Shown piece after piece: positions 10,072 through 19,768 of a DNA stretch of 64,000 nucleotides. Every line of letters starts with the position of its first letter. Positions within the stretch are counted from its first letter, which is position 1. The DNA lies in contig JAQUST010000002.1 of assembly GCA_028710495.1 (NCBI GenBank), forward strand, positions 33,577 to 97,576. The letters run 5' to 3'. Made by a program: the position numbers and the translations under genes. The notes under the pieces are model-generated. The model was not told the origin of the DNA. It saw only the letters and a program-made list of their open reading frames with translations, and did no database searches. The stretch is from Clostridia bacterium (GTDB taxonomy: Bacteria > Bacillota > Clostridia > Christensenellales > CAG-917).

Positions 10072-10995
10072 TTAGTCAGTTTCGTTTTCACCTTCATTAT
10101 GTTCATAAAGTGAATGCGGGTCAATGTGAACGACAAGATTGATGCCCTTTTTCTTCAAATCAATTTCGATTTTGTCCGCTAGTTCGTGAGAAGTGTTTGT
10201 TTCCATATTTCCGTCGACCTCAACATGTACTGATGCAAAGTGTTTATTTGGACCATAACTGTGCACGAGTAAATCGTGAAGTCCCAGCACTTCATCATAG
10301 CTCTTGATTTCTTTGCCAATTTCCTCCACAAGTTTATCTGATGGCGGTTCGCCCAACAATGGGTTTATGACCTCTTTCAAAATTTTGATACCTGTGAACA
10401 AAACAAAGAAAGCCACTCCGATACCAAAGTATCCATCGAGATTTATCCCGGTTGTCAACATAATAATGCTTGATATCAAAACCGCGGTTGTTGCTGCAAC
10501 ATCGGAAAAGCTGTCAACGGCAGCAGCCTTGAGTGCAGATGAATTTATCTTTTTCGCCATATACAAATAATAAATACCCATTGCGAGTTTCACGGCAATA
10601 CTAATTGACAAAACCACAAACATAATGATAGAAACTTCAAGAGAACCACCGGTAATAATTTTATCAATTGATGACTTTATAAGTTCAAACGATACAAAAA
10701 AGATAATGAATGCAATAATAAGCGTCGCAATATATTCCAGTCTTTGATGACCGAACGGGTGTTTTTTGTCAGCAGGACGGCCAGCCAGCTTGAATGAAAT
10801 TATTGATACGAAAGACGACAATGAATCTGTTGCATTGTTTAAGCCGTCTGCCAAAATTGCGATACTTTGAAAAAGCGTGCCCACTAAAATTTTTGCTATG
10901 GCAAGAGTAACATTACAAGCTAAACCTATTATTGAAGTTATGATGCCGCGCTTTTGGCGGCTACTGCCTTGATTTTCATTGTCTATATCCAACAT
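10072..10995 (-). CDS. Cation diffusion facilitator (CDF) family divalent-metal efflux transporter
   Basis: Six TM segments with DxxxD/HxxxD-like sites (ADGLNNATDSLSS, AAVDSFSDVAAT) and a C-terminal cytoplasmic domain (LHDLLVHSYGPNKHFASVHVEVD). Confidence 0.85.
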   Translation of the reverse strand: MLDIDNENQGSSRQKRGIITSIIGLACNVTLAIAKILVGTLFQSIAILADGLNNATDSLSSFVSIISFKLAGRPADKKHPFGHQRLEYIATLIIAFIIFFVSFELIKSSIDKIITGGSLEVSIIMFVVLSISIAVKLAMGIYYLYMAKKINSSALKAAAVDSFSDVAATTAVLISSIIMLTTGINLDGYFGIGVAFFVLFTGIKILKEVINPLLGEPPSDKLVEEIGKEIKSYDEVLGLHDLLVHSYGPNKHFASVHVEVDGNMETNTSHELADKIEIDLKKKGINLVVHIDPHSLYEHNEGENETD

Positions 10996-11046
10996 ACTGC
11001 ATTCTCCTATTCAGCATTATTACATTTTGCACTTTCTCATATTTTC

Positions 11047-11115
11047 TGTGAATTACATCTCGTTTTCTTTGTGAACTTCATCAAATTCTCTCTGTGAACT
11101 TAATAAGATTTTATT
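11047..11115. repeat. Three exact-phase 23-bp direct repeats (TGTGAAYT core) in the leader of the CDF gene
   Basis: The units are tgtgaattacatctcgttttctt, tgtgaacttcatcaaattctctc and tgtgaacttaataagattttatt, starting at 11047, 11070 and 11093. Confidence 0.6.
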
Positions 11116-11484
11116 CGTATACTTCAGCTAATTTGCTCCGTGCACTTAGCAAAATACTTATCTTTCGTTTATATCAAATAAAGTTAATTGTATTCCACAA
11201 GTTGTGATTAATTATATTCGATACATTGTGCAGTTTTATTTTTTGCACATTCATTTGTCTTTCAATTTTTGTTGTGGATACGATAAATTTGGTAAAAAAA
11301 ATAGGTATTAGTACTATTTTAACACAAATAAAATACTTTGCAAGACTTACGGTGAATTTATACTTTTGTTCTCAGACTAAATCTTTTCGCAAGACTATAA
11401 TATCTTTGAGGCGATATATTTATTGAAATTCCTTGTTTATTATGTTAAACTTAAATCTATAAAAATAGGAGCACACAAAAACAT

Positions 11485-12327
11485 ATGTTTTCATACACCA
11501 TTTCGGCGGCTGCAGACATTGTCAACAATCCTTGGTTCTTTGCTATTTATGCATTGGTTGTTGCCTTTGTTCTCACTCAATCCGTATTTTATCTCGTCAA
11601 ATCGCTACGGCGTGCAAAAAAGATAAATATGGATATGAACAAAATCAAGAAAGTTATTTCTTCATCCGCCTTGTTTTCTATTCTCCCGTCAATAGGTATT
11701 TTTGTTGGAATTATAACATTGATTGGCGCGATAGGTGTTGCATTGCCTGCAATCCGCCTTTCAATAATCGGTGCATTGCAATATGAGACACAAGTCGTTG
11801 ACACAATCGCCAACAGAGTTGCAAACAGCAGCACAGGAATGAGTTGGTTGATTGGCAATCTTGATGCAAAAACATTTGTTACTATTGCTTTGACAATGAC
11901 CGTTGCTATCATTTGGGGTCCGCTGTTCTGTCTTTGTTTTTATCGCAAAGTTCAGCCAAAGCTTATGATTGCTACAAAAAAAGACTCAAATCTTGGCAAT
12001 ATTATTTTTGCAGCAGCTTTTATTGGCATGGTTTTGGCTTATCTGTGTGTCTCAATCGGTCAAGCAGCCGGACTTCCCACAAATATCGCCAGTTACTACA
12101 ACTTGATTGCCGTTGGCGTGGCAGCTCTATTGATGTTCGGTTTTGATATTTTAATAACAAAGTATAAACAATCATGGCTTGAAAACTTTTCTTTAGCGTT
12201 TTCAATGCTTGCCGGTATGGCTGTTGTTGCGCTGATAAACTACTACAATCCAACAGCATATGCAGATATGATTTCGGTGAATAATAGCGCATCTGCTTTG
12301 CTTAATGCTTTGGGAGGTGTGCTATGA
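11485..12327 (+). CDS. Polytopic membrane protein of unknown function (possibly DUF5058-like)
   Basis: A 280-aa protein with about 7 hydrophobic segments. AGGAG RBS before the ATG. Its stop overlaps the next start (ATGA). No catalytic or transporter signature was recognised. Confidence 0.5.
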   Translation: MFSYTISAAADIVNNPWFFAIYALVVAFVLTQSVFYLVKSLRRAKKINMDMNKIKKVISSSALFSILPSIGIFVGIITLIGAIGVALPAIRLSIIGALQYETQVVDTIANRVANSSTGMSWLIGNLDAKTFVTIALTMTVAIIWGPLFCLCFYRKVQPKLMIATKKDSNLGNIIFAAAFIGMVLAYLCVSIGQAAGLPTNIASYYNLIAVGVAALLMFGFDILITKYKQSWLENFSLAFSMLAGMAVVALINYYNPTAYADMISVNNSASALLNALGGVL

Positions 12328-13265
12328 AAAAGAATAATATAAATAGCGTCAAACAAACCTCACAAACACAAAATATTGCTATGACAGTTGAGCAAACAGA
12401 AGCAGCAGCCATTGCAAAGGCAAGTAAGGATTTCAATTCAAAGCTCCACACCACAGGACAAATCTGGACAGCTATTGCGCTCGTAATTATGGCAATGATA
12501 CCGATTTTGTTCAGTATAATTTTGGGCACTGGTCCTGACTGGGCATTATTCTTTTCGTGCATGGCTCTTTTGATTTATTATATGCCAATAGGAGTAGTTG
12601 AAGTTTTGACATACTCATATATGTTGGGCATAAACGGAACTTATCTCGCTTTTGTCACAGGAAATCTTTCAAACCTCAAAATCCCTTGCGTTATCAATGC
12701 AGTGAATATTGTCGGCACAGAAGTCGGCACAGAAGAACACGAAATTGCTTGCACCGTATCTATTGCGATATCTGCAATCGTTACTACCCTCACAATCGGG
12801 ATTGGTGTTTTGTGCCTTGCATTCTCAGGTCTTCAACAGCTTCTTGAAAGCCCGCAAGCTCAGTTCTTGACTCCTGCCTTCGGCACAGTCGCATTTGCGC
12901 TCTTTGGCGCATTGGGCGGCAAATACCTCGTCAAAAATCCCAAGATAGCCCTCATACCATTTATAATTATGGTGACTCTATGCGTCGGTTTAACATTGGG
13001 TGGACTAAGCAGCGTTGTTCAACCAAGTTATTTTATCTTTGTTGGCGTTATTGCTTGCTTAATAAATGCGATAGTGCTTGATAAAAACAAAAAGAAAAAA
13101 GCGAAGGCTGCTGAGCTTTCTTCTCTGAATACTATCGGCGAACAAACATCTTTATCATTCAATGAAGTCGCAGAGAAAGCAACAACAGACTACACGAAAA
13201 ATAAGACAACAACTGAAAACGAACCTGCAAAAGATAAGACAAAGGATTCTAATGAAAAAGAGTAA
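12324..13265 (+). CDS. Polytopic membrane protein of unknown function with a K/E/T-rich C-terminal tail
   Basis: A 313-aa protein, translationally coupled to the preceding ORF. It has multiple TM segments and ends in a low-complexity charged tail of about 60 aa. Confidence 0.5.
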   Translation: MKKNNINSVKQTSQTQNIAMTVEQTEAAAIAKASKDFNSKLHTTGQIWTAIALVIMAMIPILFSIILGTGPDWALFFSCMALLIYYMPIGVVEVLTYSYMLGINGTYLAFVTGNLSNLKIPCVINAVNIVGTEVGTEEHEIACTVSIAISAIVTTLTIGIGVLCLAFSGLQQLLESPQAQFLTPAFGTVAFALFGALGGKYLVKNPKIALIPFIIMVTLCVGLTLGGLSSVVQPSYFIFVGVIACLINAIVLDKNKKKKAKAAELSSLNTIGEQTSLSFNEVAEKATTDYTKNKTTTENEPAKDKTKDSNEKE

Positions 13266-13290
13266 TTAATCTAAGCATTCAAAATCAATT

Positions 13291-13321
13291 CAAAAGGACT
13301 GGCAAATGCCAGTCCTTTTTT
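13291..13321. terminator. Bidirectional rho-independent terminator
   Basis: Stem GGACTGGC / GCCAGTCC with loop AAAT, flanked by an A-run and a T-run. It lies between convergent genes. Confidence 0.7.
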
Positions 13322-13356
13322 ATGAACATATGAACATATTTATCTTTTAGATTACA

Positions 13357-14949
13357 TCAAACAACATTTTTACCTTCACGCTTTTGATTTTCCTCTGCCT
13401 TGACAAGTTCTTTTGTTGTGCTAATAATTTCCTCGGTTATTTTTTCAACATTTGATGTCTTCGGTTGAGCATCATTCAATTTCGAACTTTCTTTTTTCTT
13501 ATTGATTTTCTTATCTTCTTTGGATTTTTCTTTTGCAATTATATCTTCACTGTTAGCAAACGCGCGGAATATGGTTTGGAAAAGTATTGTAATGTCCATC
13601 ATTAGTGTCCAGTTTTCGATATAGAAAATATCACACTCAATTCGCTTCACAATTGATGTGTCGCCTCTCCAACCTTTAACTTGTGCAAGCCCAGTCACAC
13701 CTGGCTTTACTTGATGCTTGACCATATATCTAGGTATTTCTTTTTGAAAATCTGCAACATGAAACGGGATTTCAGGTCGAGGACCTACAAGACTCATATC
13801 ACCTTTTAGAACATTAAAAAATTGTGGCCATTCATCGATAGAAAATTTCCTCAAGAACGAACCGAGTTTTGTCTTTCTCGGGTCGTCTTTTGTTGTCCAG
13901 CCTGTTTCCTCATTTGGGTTTTGCACCATTGTACGAAATTTGTACATAGTGAATACCTTCTTATCTTTGCCAACTCTCTGCTGTTTGAAAATAACAGGAC
14001 CTTTTGATGTGCATTTAATAAGTGAAGCCACCGCCAAAATAAACGGCGATGCTATAGTTAAGAATGAAACTGACCCCAATATGTCTACAATACGCTTGAC
14101 AAAATATTTGCCATTATTGTCAAGAGGTATTTGGCGAAGATTGATAAGTGGAATATTTCCTAATTGGTCAATTTGAGCATTTGTTGGCAAATACTGATAG
14201 CAGTAGGGAATGATTGATATTCTAGTCCCCGTCTTTTCGCAGTCTGCCACTATCTGCTGAAGTCGGTCTACATTGTCATAATCAAGTGTGCATACAAGTT
14301 CATCAGGCTTATATCGGTTTAAGAGGTCATACAATTCATCATAAGTACCCAAATATTCGCCGTTAAGTGTTTTTTCGTTTGCAACATAACCCACAAATTT
14401 GAAGCCAAATGTCGTCTTGGTTTTAATTGCCTGCAAATATTCCATGGCGGGCTTTCCTCCACCAGTTATAATAAGAGTCTTGCAGTTGATACCACGCTTT
14501 CTTAGTGATGACAAAACAGCTTTCATACATATGCGCTTAAGACTAATAATAATAAGACATGAAAAATAATACACTAACAAAAGCAACCAGGTAGCATAAA
14601 ACGATTGAATTGCAAGCAAAAAAATCAAAATTGGAACTATAACTATCGTGTTGGCATAAAAAGTGATTTTAATAATTGTGGGATAAGTCATTGATTGAAG
14701 TGGAGCATAAGTTTTGAAGAAACTATAAACAAAAAAATATATAGGCAACAAAAATATTCCGTATATTGAAAAATCATACAAAGGAAAGGGCGCCGATGCA
14801 AATGCTATGGCATAATAACAGACACAATAGCTAATGATCAGAGATGCTTCCAGAATTAACATCTCAGCCAAAAGATTTAATCTATTAAAAAACTGTTGAT
14901 TTTCTCTTATCATTTCTACCTTTGCACAAAATATCAAAAAATCCTGCAA
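13357..14949 (-). CDS. Polyprenyl-phosphate sugar phosphotransferase (WbaP/CpsE/EpsL-type priming enzyme)
   Basis: N-terminal TM bundle, central Rossmann-like region and a C-terminal bacterial sugar-transferase domain (VGPRPE, DIFYIENWTL). It also has a K/E-rich C-terminal tail of about 65 aa. The true start may be the internal Met at 14913. Confidence 0.85.
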   Translation of the reverse strand: MQDFLIFCAKVEMIRENQQFFNRLNLLAEMLILEASLIISYCVCYYAIAFASAPFPLYDFSIYGIFLLPIYFFVYSFFKTYAPLQSMTYPTIIKITFYANTIVIVPILIFLLAIQSFYATWLLLLVYYFSCLIIISLKRICMKAVLSSLRKRGINCKTLIITGGGKPAMEYLQAIKTKTTFGFKFVGYVANEKTLNGEYLGTYDELYDLLNRYKPDELVCTLDYDNVDRLQQIVADCEKTGTRISIIPYCYQYLPTNAQIDQLGNIPLINLRQIPLDNNGKYFVKRIVDILGSVSFLTIASPFILAVASLIKCTSKGPVIFKQQRVGKDKKVFTMYKFRTMVQNPNEETGWTTKDDPRKTKLGSFLRKFSIDEWPQFFNVLKGDMSLVGPRPEIPFHVADFQKEIPRYMVKHQVKPGVTGLAQVKGWRGDTSIVKRIECDIFYIENWTLMMDITILFQTIFRAFANSEDIIAKEKSKEDKKINKKKESSKLNDAQPKTSNVEKITEEIISTTKELVKAEENQKREGKNVV

Positions 14950-15038
14950 AATATATGACGATTTTATCTCAAATAGACATTATTTTAATAATATTATTAT
15001 ATCACGAGCGACACAAACTAGCAATAGTTTTAGAATAA

Positions 15039-15067
15039 TTGACATAAGAACAACTTCAAGGTACAAT
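15039..15067 (+). promoter_or_regulatory. Putative sigma-A promoter for the DUF4422/ABC exporter genes
   Basis: TTGACA, a 17-nt spacer, then TACAAT, about 20 nt upstream of the ATG at 15087. Confidence 0.45.
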
Positions 15068-15086
15068 AAAATTATTGTAGGAAAAT

Positions 15087-16016
15087 ATGAAAATAAAACT
15101 TTTGATATCTTACCATAAGCGTTCTAAAATTCTTTCTGATGATATTTTAACACCCATACATCTTGGGCGTGTTTTGGCTCGCGAAAAGGAAGAAAACAGC
15201 GATGATTTCAAATGGATGTACGATAATATGATTGGTGATGACACCGGTGAAAATATCTCTGCCAAAAATCCGTCTTTCAATGAACTTACCGCAATTTATT
15301 GGGCTTGGAAAAATTACGATGTTCTTGGAGCACCTGATTATATCGGTTTTATGCATTATCGCCGACATTTTGTCTTTCGTGAATGTTCAAAACTATATTT
15401 TGAAACCCCAACTATTGACGATAATTATTTTAAGAAAGTCAATTATACCGAACAAAATGTCAATGATATGTTGTCCGCTTGTGATTTTGTGACAAATACT
15501 CCACACAAGCGCACATCGGTCTACAATCATTACAAAAATGCGCATGATATTTCTGAACTTGAACTTGTTCTTGAACTAATTAGCGAGTTTTATCCCGATT
15601 ATACTGAAGCGGCAAACACATATGTATATGGCGATAAATCATATTTCTACAATATGTTTATATTCCCGCGTGACATATTTTTCCGCTATGCAGAATGGAT
15701 ATTTGACATTTTGTTCAAATTTGAAAGTCGCTTAAACGACTCTTCAAAACGTATGTTTGTTTCTGAACGATTAACTGGAATATTTATTACAAAATTACTA
15801 AACGAAGGTTACAAGGCAAAATCCTTGCCTACTATGTTTATCACAGGAAAAAAGCCGTCGTTAAAAACTGCATCGAATCAGACAAAAGCGAATCTGCTGA
15901 AGCAAAAAGGTGAAAATAGCGGAATTAAGGCTAAATTTTACGCATTTAAGCCAATTATTCTTTATTTTACTCCGTCTTTTATTGTTAAAGCATATAGAAA
16001 CCGAAAAGCGCGCTAA
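15087..16016 (+). CDS. DUF4422-family putative glycosyltransferase
   Basis: LISYHK...ILTPIHLGR...DDTGENISAKNPSFNELTAIYWAWKN...DYIGFMHYRRHF is the hallmark N-terminal pattern of DUF4422 proteins, which commonly sit next to glf. Confidence 0.7.
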   Translation: MKIKLLISYHKRSKILSDDILTPIHLGRVLAREKEENSDDFKWMYDNMIGDDTGENISAKNPSFNELTAIYWAWKNYDVLGAPDYIGFMHYRRHFVFRECSKLYFETPTIDDNYFKKVNYTEQNVNDMLSACDFVTNTPHKRTSVYNHYKNAHDISELELVLELISEFYPDYTEAANTYVYGDKSYFYNMFIFPRDIFFRYAEWIFDILFKFESRLNDSSKRMFVSERLTGIFITKLLNEGYKAKSLPTMFITGKKPSLKTASNQTKANLLKQKGENSGIKAKFYAFKPIILYFTPSFIVKAYRNRKAR

Positions 16017-16116
16017 GTTTTGATTTTTATTTAGCGGAATTATACAAATACAGCGAAATTATTTGATTTTGGAACTTAAATAGTTTATAATGTCCAAATT
16101 CAAGGAGCAATACTAA

Positions 16117-16911
16117 ATGAGAACAATCCTTCCTGTTACAAAGCTTGATACAATACGGAAATCCAGTTACATCCTGAATTCTATGGTAAGAAACAGTATC
16201 CGTAGCCAGTATCGCAATTCGATTTTAGGCGTGCTTTGGACAGTTTTGAATCCTTTGTTGAATATGGCGGTAATGGCTTTAGTATTTTCTAAGCTTTTAG
16301 GTAGCGGCATTTCTGATTATCCAACCTATTTATTGTCAGGTAATATTATTTTCGGGCTTATGAGACAAGCCACTTCCACTTCTCTTACTTCTATTGTTGA
16401 CAGTTTCGGAATGCTCACGAAAGTCAAAGTACCTTACAGCGTTTTGCCTCTTTCACGAACTATAACTGCACTAGTGACTTTCGCATTTTCATTCATAGCT
16501 CTTGTTATTGTAATGCTTGTGAGAAATGTTAAATTTTCTTTTTCAATATTGATGACGATACCATTTCTACCATCATTGCTTTTGTTCAGCTTAGGTATCG
16601 CATTTATTCTTTGCACACTATATGTTTATTTCCGCGATATGAAACACATTTATGGAGTTGTACTGACGCTATGGATGTACATGACACCATTGTTTTACAC
16701 AGTTGACAGGCTTGGAAATCCACTTTTAACAAAGCTTATGCAGTTCAATCCTATGTATCAATATGTAACATATTTTCGTGAAATAATTATGATGGGTACC
16801 GTTCCTTCATTGGAATCACATCTTATATGTTATGCTTGGGGCATCGGATTTTTTTTGATAGGATTACTATTCTTCAAATGGAGGCGCAAGTATTTTATAC
16901 TTCATATTTAA
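16117..16911 (+). CDS. ABC-2 type polysaccharide/teichoic-acid export permease (Wzm/TagG-like)
   Basis: A 264-aa protein with 6 TM segments. Typical N-terminus (RNSIRSQYRNSILGVLWTVLNPLL). Followed immediately by the cognate ATPase. Confidence 0.8.
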   Translation: MRTILPVTKLDTIRKSSYILNSMVRNSIRSQYRNSILGVLWTVLNPLLNMAVMALVFSKLLGSGISDYPTYLLSGNIIFGLMRQATSTSLTSIVDSFGMLTKVKVPYSVLPLSRTITALVTFAFSFIALVIVMLVRNVKFSFSILMTIPFLPSLLLFSLGIAFILCTLYVYFRDMKHIYGVVLTLWMYMTPLFYTVDRLGNPLLTKLMQFNPMYQYVTYFREIIMMGTVPSLESHLICYAWGIGFFLIGLLFFKWRRKYFILHI

Positions 16912-16913
16912 TT

Positions 16914-17759
16914 ATGGCAAAAATTGAAAAAGAGAAAAATGAACTGAACTTAACTATTCCATCACAAGAAGAGTTCACAAATGATAATAAAGAACTTTTA
17001 GAAAATTTTGAGAAAGAAGAAGTTCTTATAGACATACAAAATGTTTCTATGGTTTATCATTTGGCAAGTGAAAAGGTAGATAATCTAAAAGAATTTGTTA
17101 TTAAGCTGATAAAACGCAAATTGAAATATAGAGAATTTTGGGCGCTTAAAGATGTCAATTTGGCCGTTAGAAAAGGTGAATCACTTGGACTTTTAGGCTT
17201 GAATGGAGCAGGCAAAAGCACACTTCTCAAAGTTATTGCAGGTGTTATTGTTCCTTCATTCGGCTCTGTTGAAATTAAGGGTACTATTGCCCCGCTTATC
17301 AATTTGGGTGCTGGATTTGATATGCAAGCGACTGCCCGTGAAAATGTTTTTTTGAATGGTGCTTTGCTTGGACACAGCAAGAAATCCATGCTTCAAAAAT
17401 ATGACCGCATTGTAGAATTTGCAGAGCTTGAATCATTTATGAATGTTCCTCTCAAAAATTTTTCTTCAGGAATGCTCACGCGATTAGGTTTCTCAATTGC
17501 CGTTGATGTCAATCCCGACATACTTCTAGTTGATGAGGTTTTGGCTGTTGGAGATGCGCCTTTCCGCAAAAAATGTTTTGCGCGCATAAATGAACTCAAA
17601 GAGAATGGCACGACATATATCATAGTATCACATAGTATTGAACAAATTTTACAACTTTGCACAAACGCAATTTGGCTTGATGGTGGTAAAATGGTTATGG
17701 CAGGCGATGCTAAAACAGTTTGCAATGCTTATACAGATTTTTGTAACGAGAAAAAATAA
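16914..17759 (+). CDS. Polysaccharide/teichoic-acid export ABC ATP-binding protein (Wzt/TagH-like, no C-terminal carbohydrate-binding domain)
   Basis: Walker A GLNGAGKST, signature FSSGMLTRLGFS and Walker B LLVDEVLAVGD. The preferred start is the ATG at 16914 (MAKIEKE), 3 nt after the permease stop. Confidence 0.85.
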   Translation: MAKIEKEKNELNLTIPSQEEFTNDNKELLENFEKEEVLIDIQNVSMVYHLASEKVDNLKEFVIKLIKRKLKYREFWALKDVNLAVRKGESLGLLGLNGAGKSTLLKVIAGVIVPSFGSVEIKGTIAPLINLGAGFDMQATARENVFLNGALLGHSKKSMLQKYDRIVEFAELESFMNVPLKNFSSGMLTRLGFSIAVDVNPDILLVDEVLAVGDAPFRKKCFARINELKENGTTYIIVSHSIEQILQLCTNAIWLDGGKMVMAGDAKTVCNAYTDFCNEKK

Positions 17760-17811
17760 AACTTATCGCAAATAATTGTCAATAACTTTTATTTCTAATT
17801 ATGTGCTACAT

Positions 17812-17842
17812 AAAAAAAGAACCGTATAAGGTTCTTTTTTTG
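17812..17842. terminator. Bidirectional rho-independent terminator
   Basis: AGAACC gtataa GGTTCT, flanked by A7 and T7, between convergent genes. Confidence 0.65.
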
Positions 17843-17897
17843 ATTTTGAATTTTCAGTTTATATTAGATTTACATTTATTTCTTACACTAGTATTTA

Positions 17898-19757
17898 TTA
17901 TTTTTTGTGCATTGAGTATTTCACACCCTTGAGTTTATAATATATACGTTTAGCAAACTCTCTGCGTTTCGTATTTTTAGGAAAAAATGTTTTTATAATC
18001 CAAGCTCTGAAATTGAATTTCTTTTTTCGGTATTGAACTCCAACACTTTCGCCATACAAAATGCAAAGAATTTTTTCATAAAAAATGCTTTGCCTTGCAT
18101 ATTTCCAAAATACATCAGCTAAATCAACATTCGGAGCAAAAGTCGGAATAACTCTACCAGCATAATGAACAATTTTAGGGTTTTTCAACGCACCGAGATA
18201 AGCTTGGTATATTGTTTGTGGAGCATTATATTCCGGCATATCAACAGGCTTAAGGTCATGTACCATAACATTCCAACTTTGTTCAAGAAGCAATGTCTTG
18301 CCTTCACAAAGCATATTCAGAATATCTTGATCTTGCCACATCCATTTGAATTCTTGCGCCTGGCTAATTAACTTGCTTGATGTTGTTTCTTTTCTAAATT
18401 TATCAAGGTCCATCAATAAAACTCCGGAATTAAAATATTCAAATTCTTTTTTTAGTTTCAACACATTTATATTGTATTCACGTTGAGGAGATTTTTTTTG
18501 TCTACACCAGCCAGCTTCAACAGTGTCAACTACAGCTCCTAGCATATTGTTTCCTAAATCTATTTTGAACAATTCAGCAATATCAGTATTGACAACAAGG
18601 TCACAATCAAGATAAATTGCTTTAGAATAATTTTTTAAAAAATCCAACATCCCCAACCTTATATAAGCAGTAGAATTGATGTGATTTTTTTCATATAAAT
18701 TTTTGGAAGCAATATATCTGTCCGCATTTATAAATCTAACTGAAAAGTTATTTAGTCCTTCAACAATTTTCAACAAATTAGCTTTGTTTCTTTCTTCAAT
18801 TTTATTACCTAATATTATCAAATCATAGTTGTTTTCAGCATTCGAGTTTGAAATTATAGATTGTATTACAACGCTCGCAAAAATTGAATAATTATTATCC
18901 GGGGCTAAACAAACGGGGATATTATTTTTTTCAAATGCAGGAGTAACATATGGGCAACTTGTGTCATTAATAAAACATTGTTGAGCTTCTTTCACTTTCA
19001 AATCTTTTTTTGTTGCTTTCAAATAAGTAAAATAAATGCCGAACAATCTTTCAGCGACCAAGCCAGGTGTTCTATATTCGAAATTATTACAATTTGTGTA
19101 ATTTTTCCAAGCATCAAACTCGTCTAATATCGGGAAAACCCATTCACAGTATGTATAGAAAATTTCCTTTTTCATTATATACATGTTGAGAAAATAGCTC
19201 ATGGCTGAGTTTGCATATTCATCTGCGTATTGTCCGCATTCCGGATAAAGCCTTTTTATTATTTCAATTGATTTTTCGAAATCTTTTATATCATGATTGG
19301 GACTCTCTACATAATGATTATAAACAGATCCGTAATGCCCATAATGTCCGTCTTTTCTCAAATTCATTGGAAAAGGCACTATTATATCATTATCACCAAT
19401 AAATTCTCGCATTTTATCTTCGGATAAACAAATTTTGTCTTCGAATTCTTGATTTATATTGTCAAACATTACGTTATTATATAAATCAGTTTCCAATTTT
19501 TCTTCACTAAAAGAAAGATATCTGCGATAGTGAAAAAAACCGTAATAATCTGCATCTAAATTTTTCCACGCCCAGTATTGTGCTGTCATTTCGCAATATC
19601 TCGGATTTTTTTCTGAAATATTTTCGCCTTCATCATCACGCAACATTCCCGCAATCGGTCTTTTGCCTTTCGCGCCTACTTGAATAGGAATAAGCAACTT
19701 ATTCTCAGGTACATAGCTTTCTTTATGACACGAAACTAAAATTTTTATATTTTTCAT
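17898..19757 (-). CDS. Fusion protein: N-terminal DUF4422 domain plus C-terminal GT8-family glycosyltransferase
   Basis: The N-terminus parallels the 15087 ORF (ILVSCHK, IPIQVGA, DDEGENISEKNPRYCEMTAQYWAWKN, YYGFFHYRRY). The C-terminal half has GT8 motifs (CLAPDNNY, YIRLGMLDFL, YLDCDLVV, FNSGVLLMDL). Confidence 0.75.
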   Translation of the reverse strand: MKNIKILVSCHKESYVPENKLLIPIQVGAKGKRPIAGMLRDDEGENISEKNPRYCEMTAQYWAWKNLDADYYGFFHYRRYLSFSEEKLETDLYNNVMFDNINQEFEDKICLSEDKMREFIGDNDIIVPFPMNLRKDGHYGHYGSVYNHYVESPNHDIKDFEKSIEIIKRLYPECGQYADEYANSAMSYFLNMYIMKKEIFYTYCEWVFPILDEFDAWKNYTNCNNFEYRTPGLVAERLFGIYFTYLKATKKDLKVKEAQQCFINDTSCPYVTPAFEKNNIPVCLAPDNNYSIFASVVIQSIISNSNAENNYDLIILGNKIEERNKANLLKIVEGLNNFSVRFINADRYIASKNLYEKNHINSTAYIRLGMLDFLKNYSKAIYLDCDLVVNTDIAELFKIDLGNNMLGAVVDTVEAGWCRQKKSPQREYNINVLKLKKEFEYFNSGVLLMDLDKFRKETTSSKLISQAQEFKWMWQDQDILNMLCEGKTLLLEQSWNVMVHDLKPVDMPEYNAPQTIYQAYLGALKNPKIVHYAGRVIPTFAPNVDLADVFWKYARQSIFYEKILCILYGESVGVQYRKKKFNFRAWIIKTFFPKNTKRREFAKRIYYKLKGVKYSMHKK

Positions 19758-19768
19758 AATTTTCCTAT

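Noticed and set aside
11047-11115. The TGTGAA-containing repeats could be Rex (TTGTGAA-N6-TTCACAA) operators.
   Set aside because: All three units are in direct, not inverted, orientation and no TTCACAA partner half-site is present.
11226-11626. Two small ORFs (66 and 67 aa) lie in the long leader before the unknown membrane-protein pair. I also looked for a riboswitch there.
   Set aside because: The ORFs lack an RBS and overlap the real gene start. I could not recognise any known riboswitch consensus or a convincing conserved-looking structure in 10996-11484.
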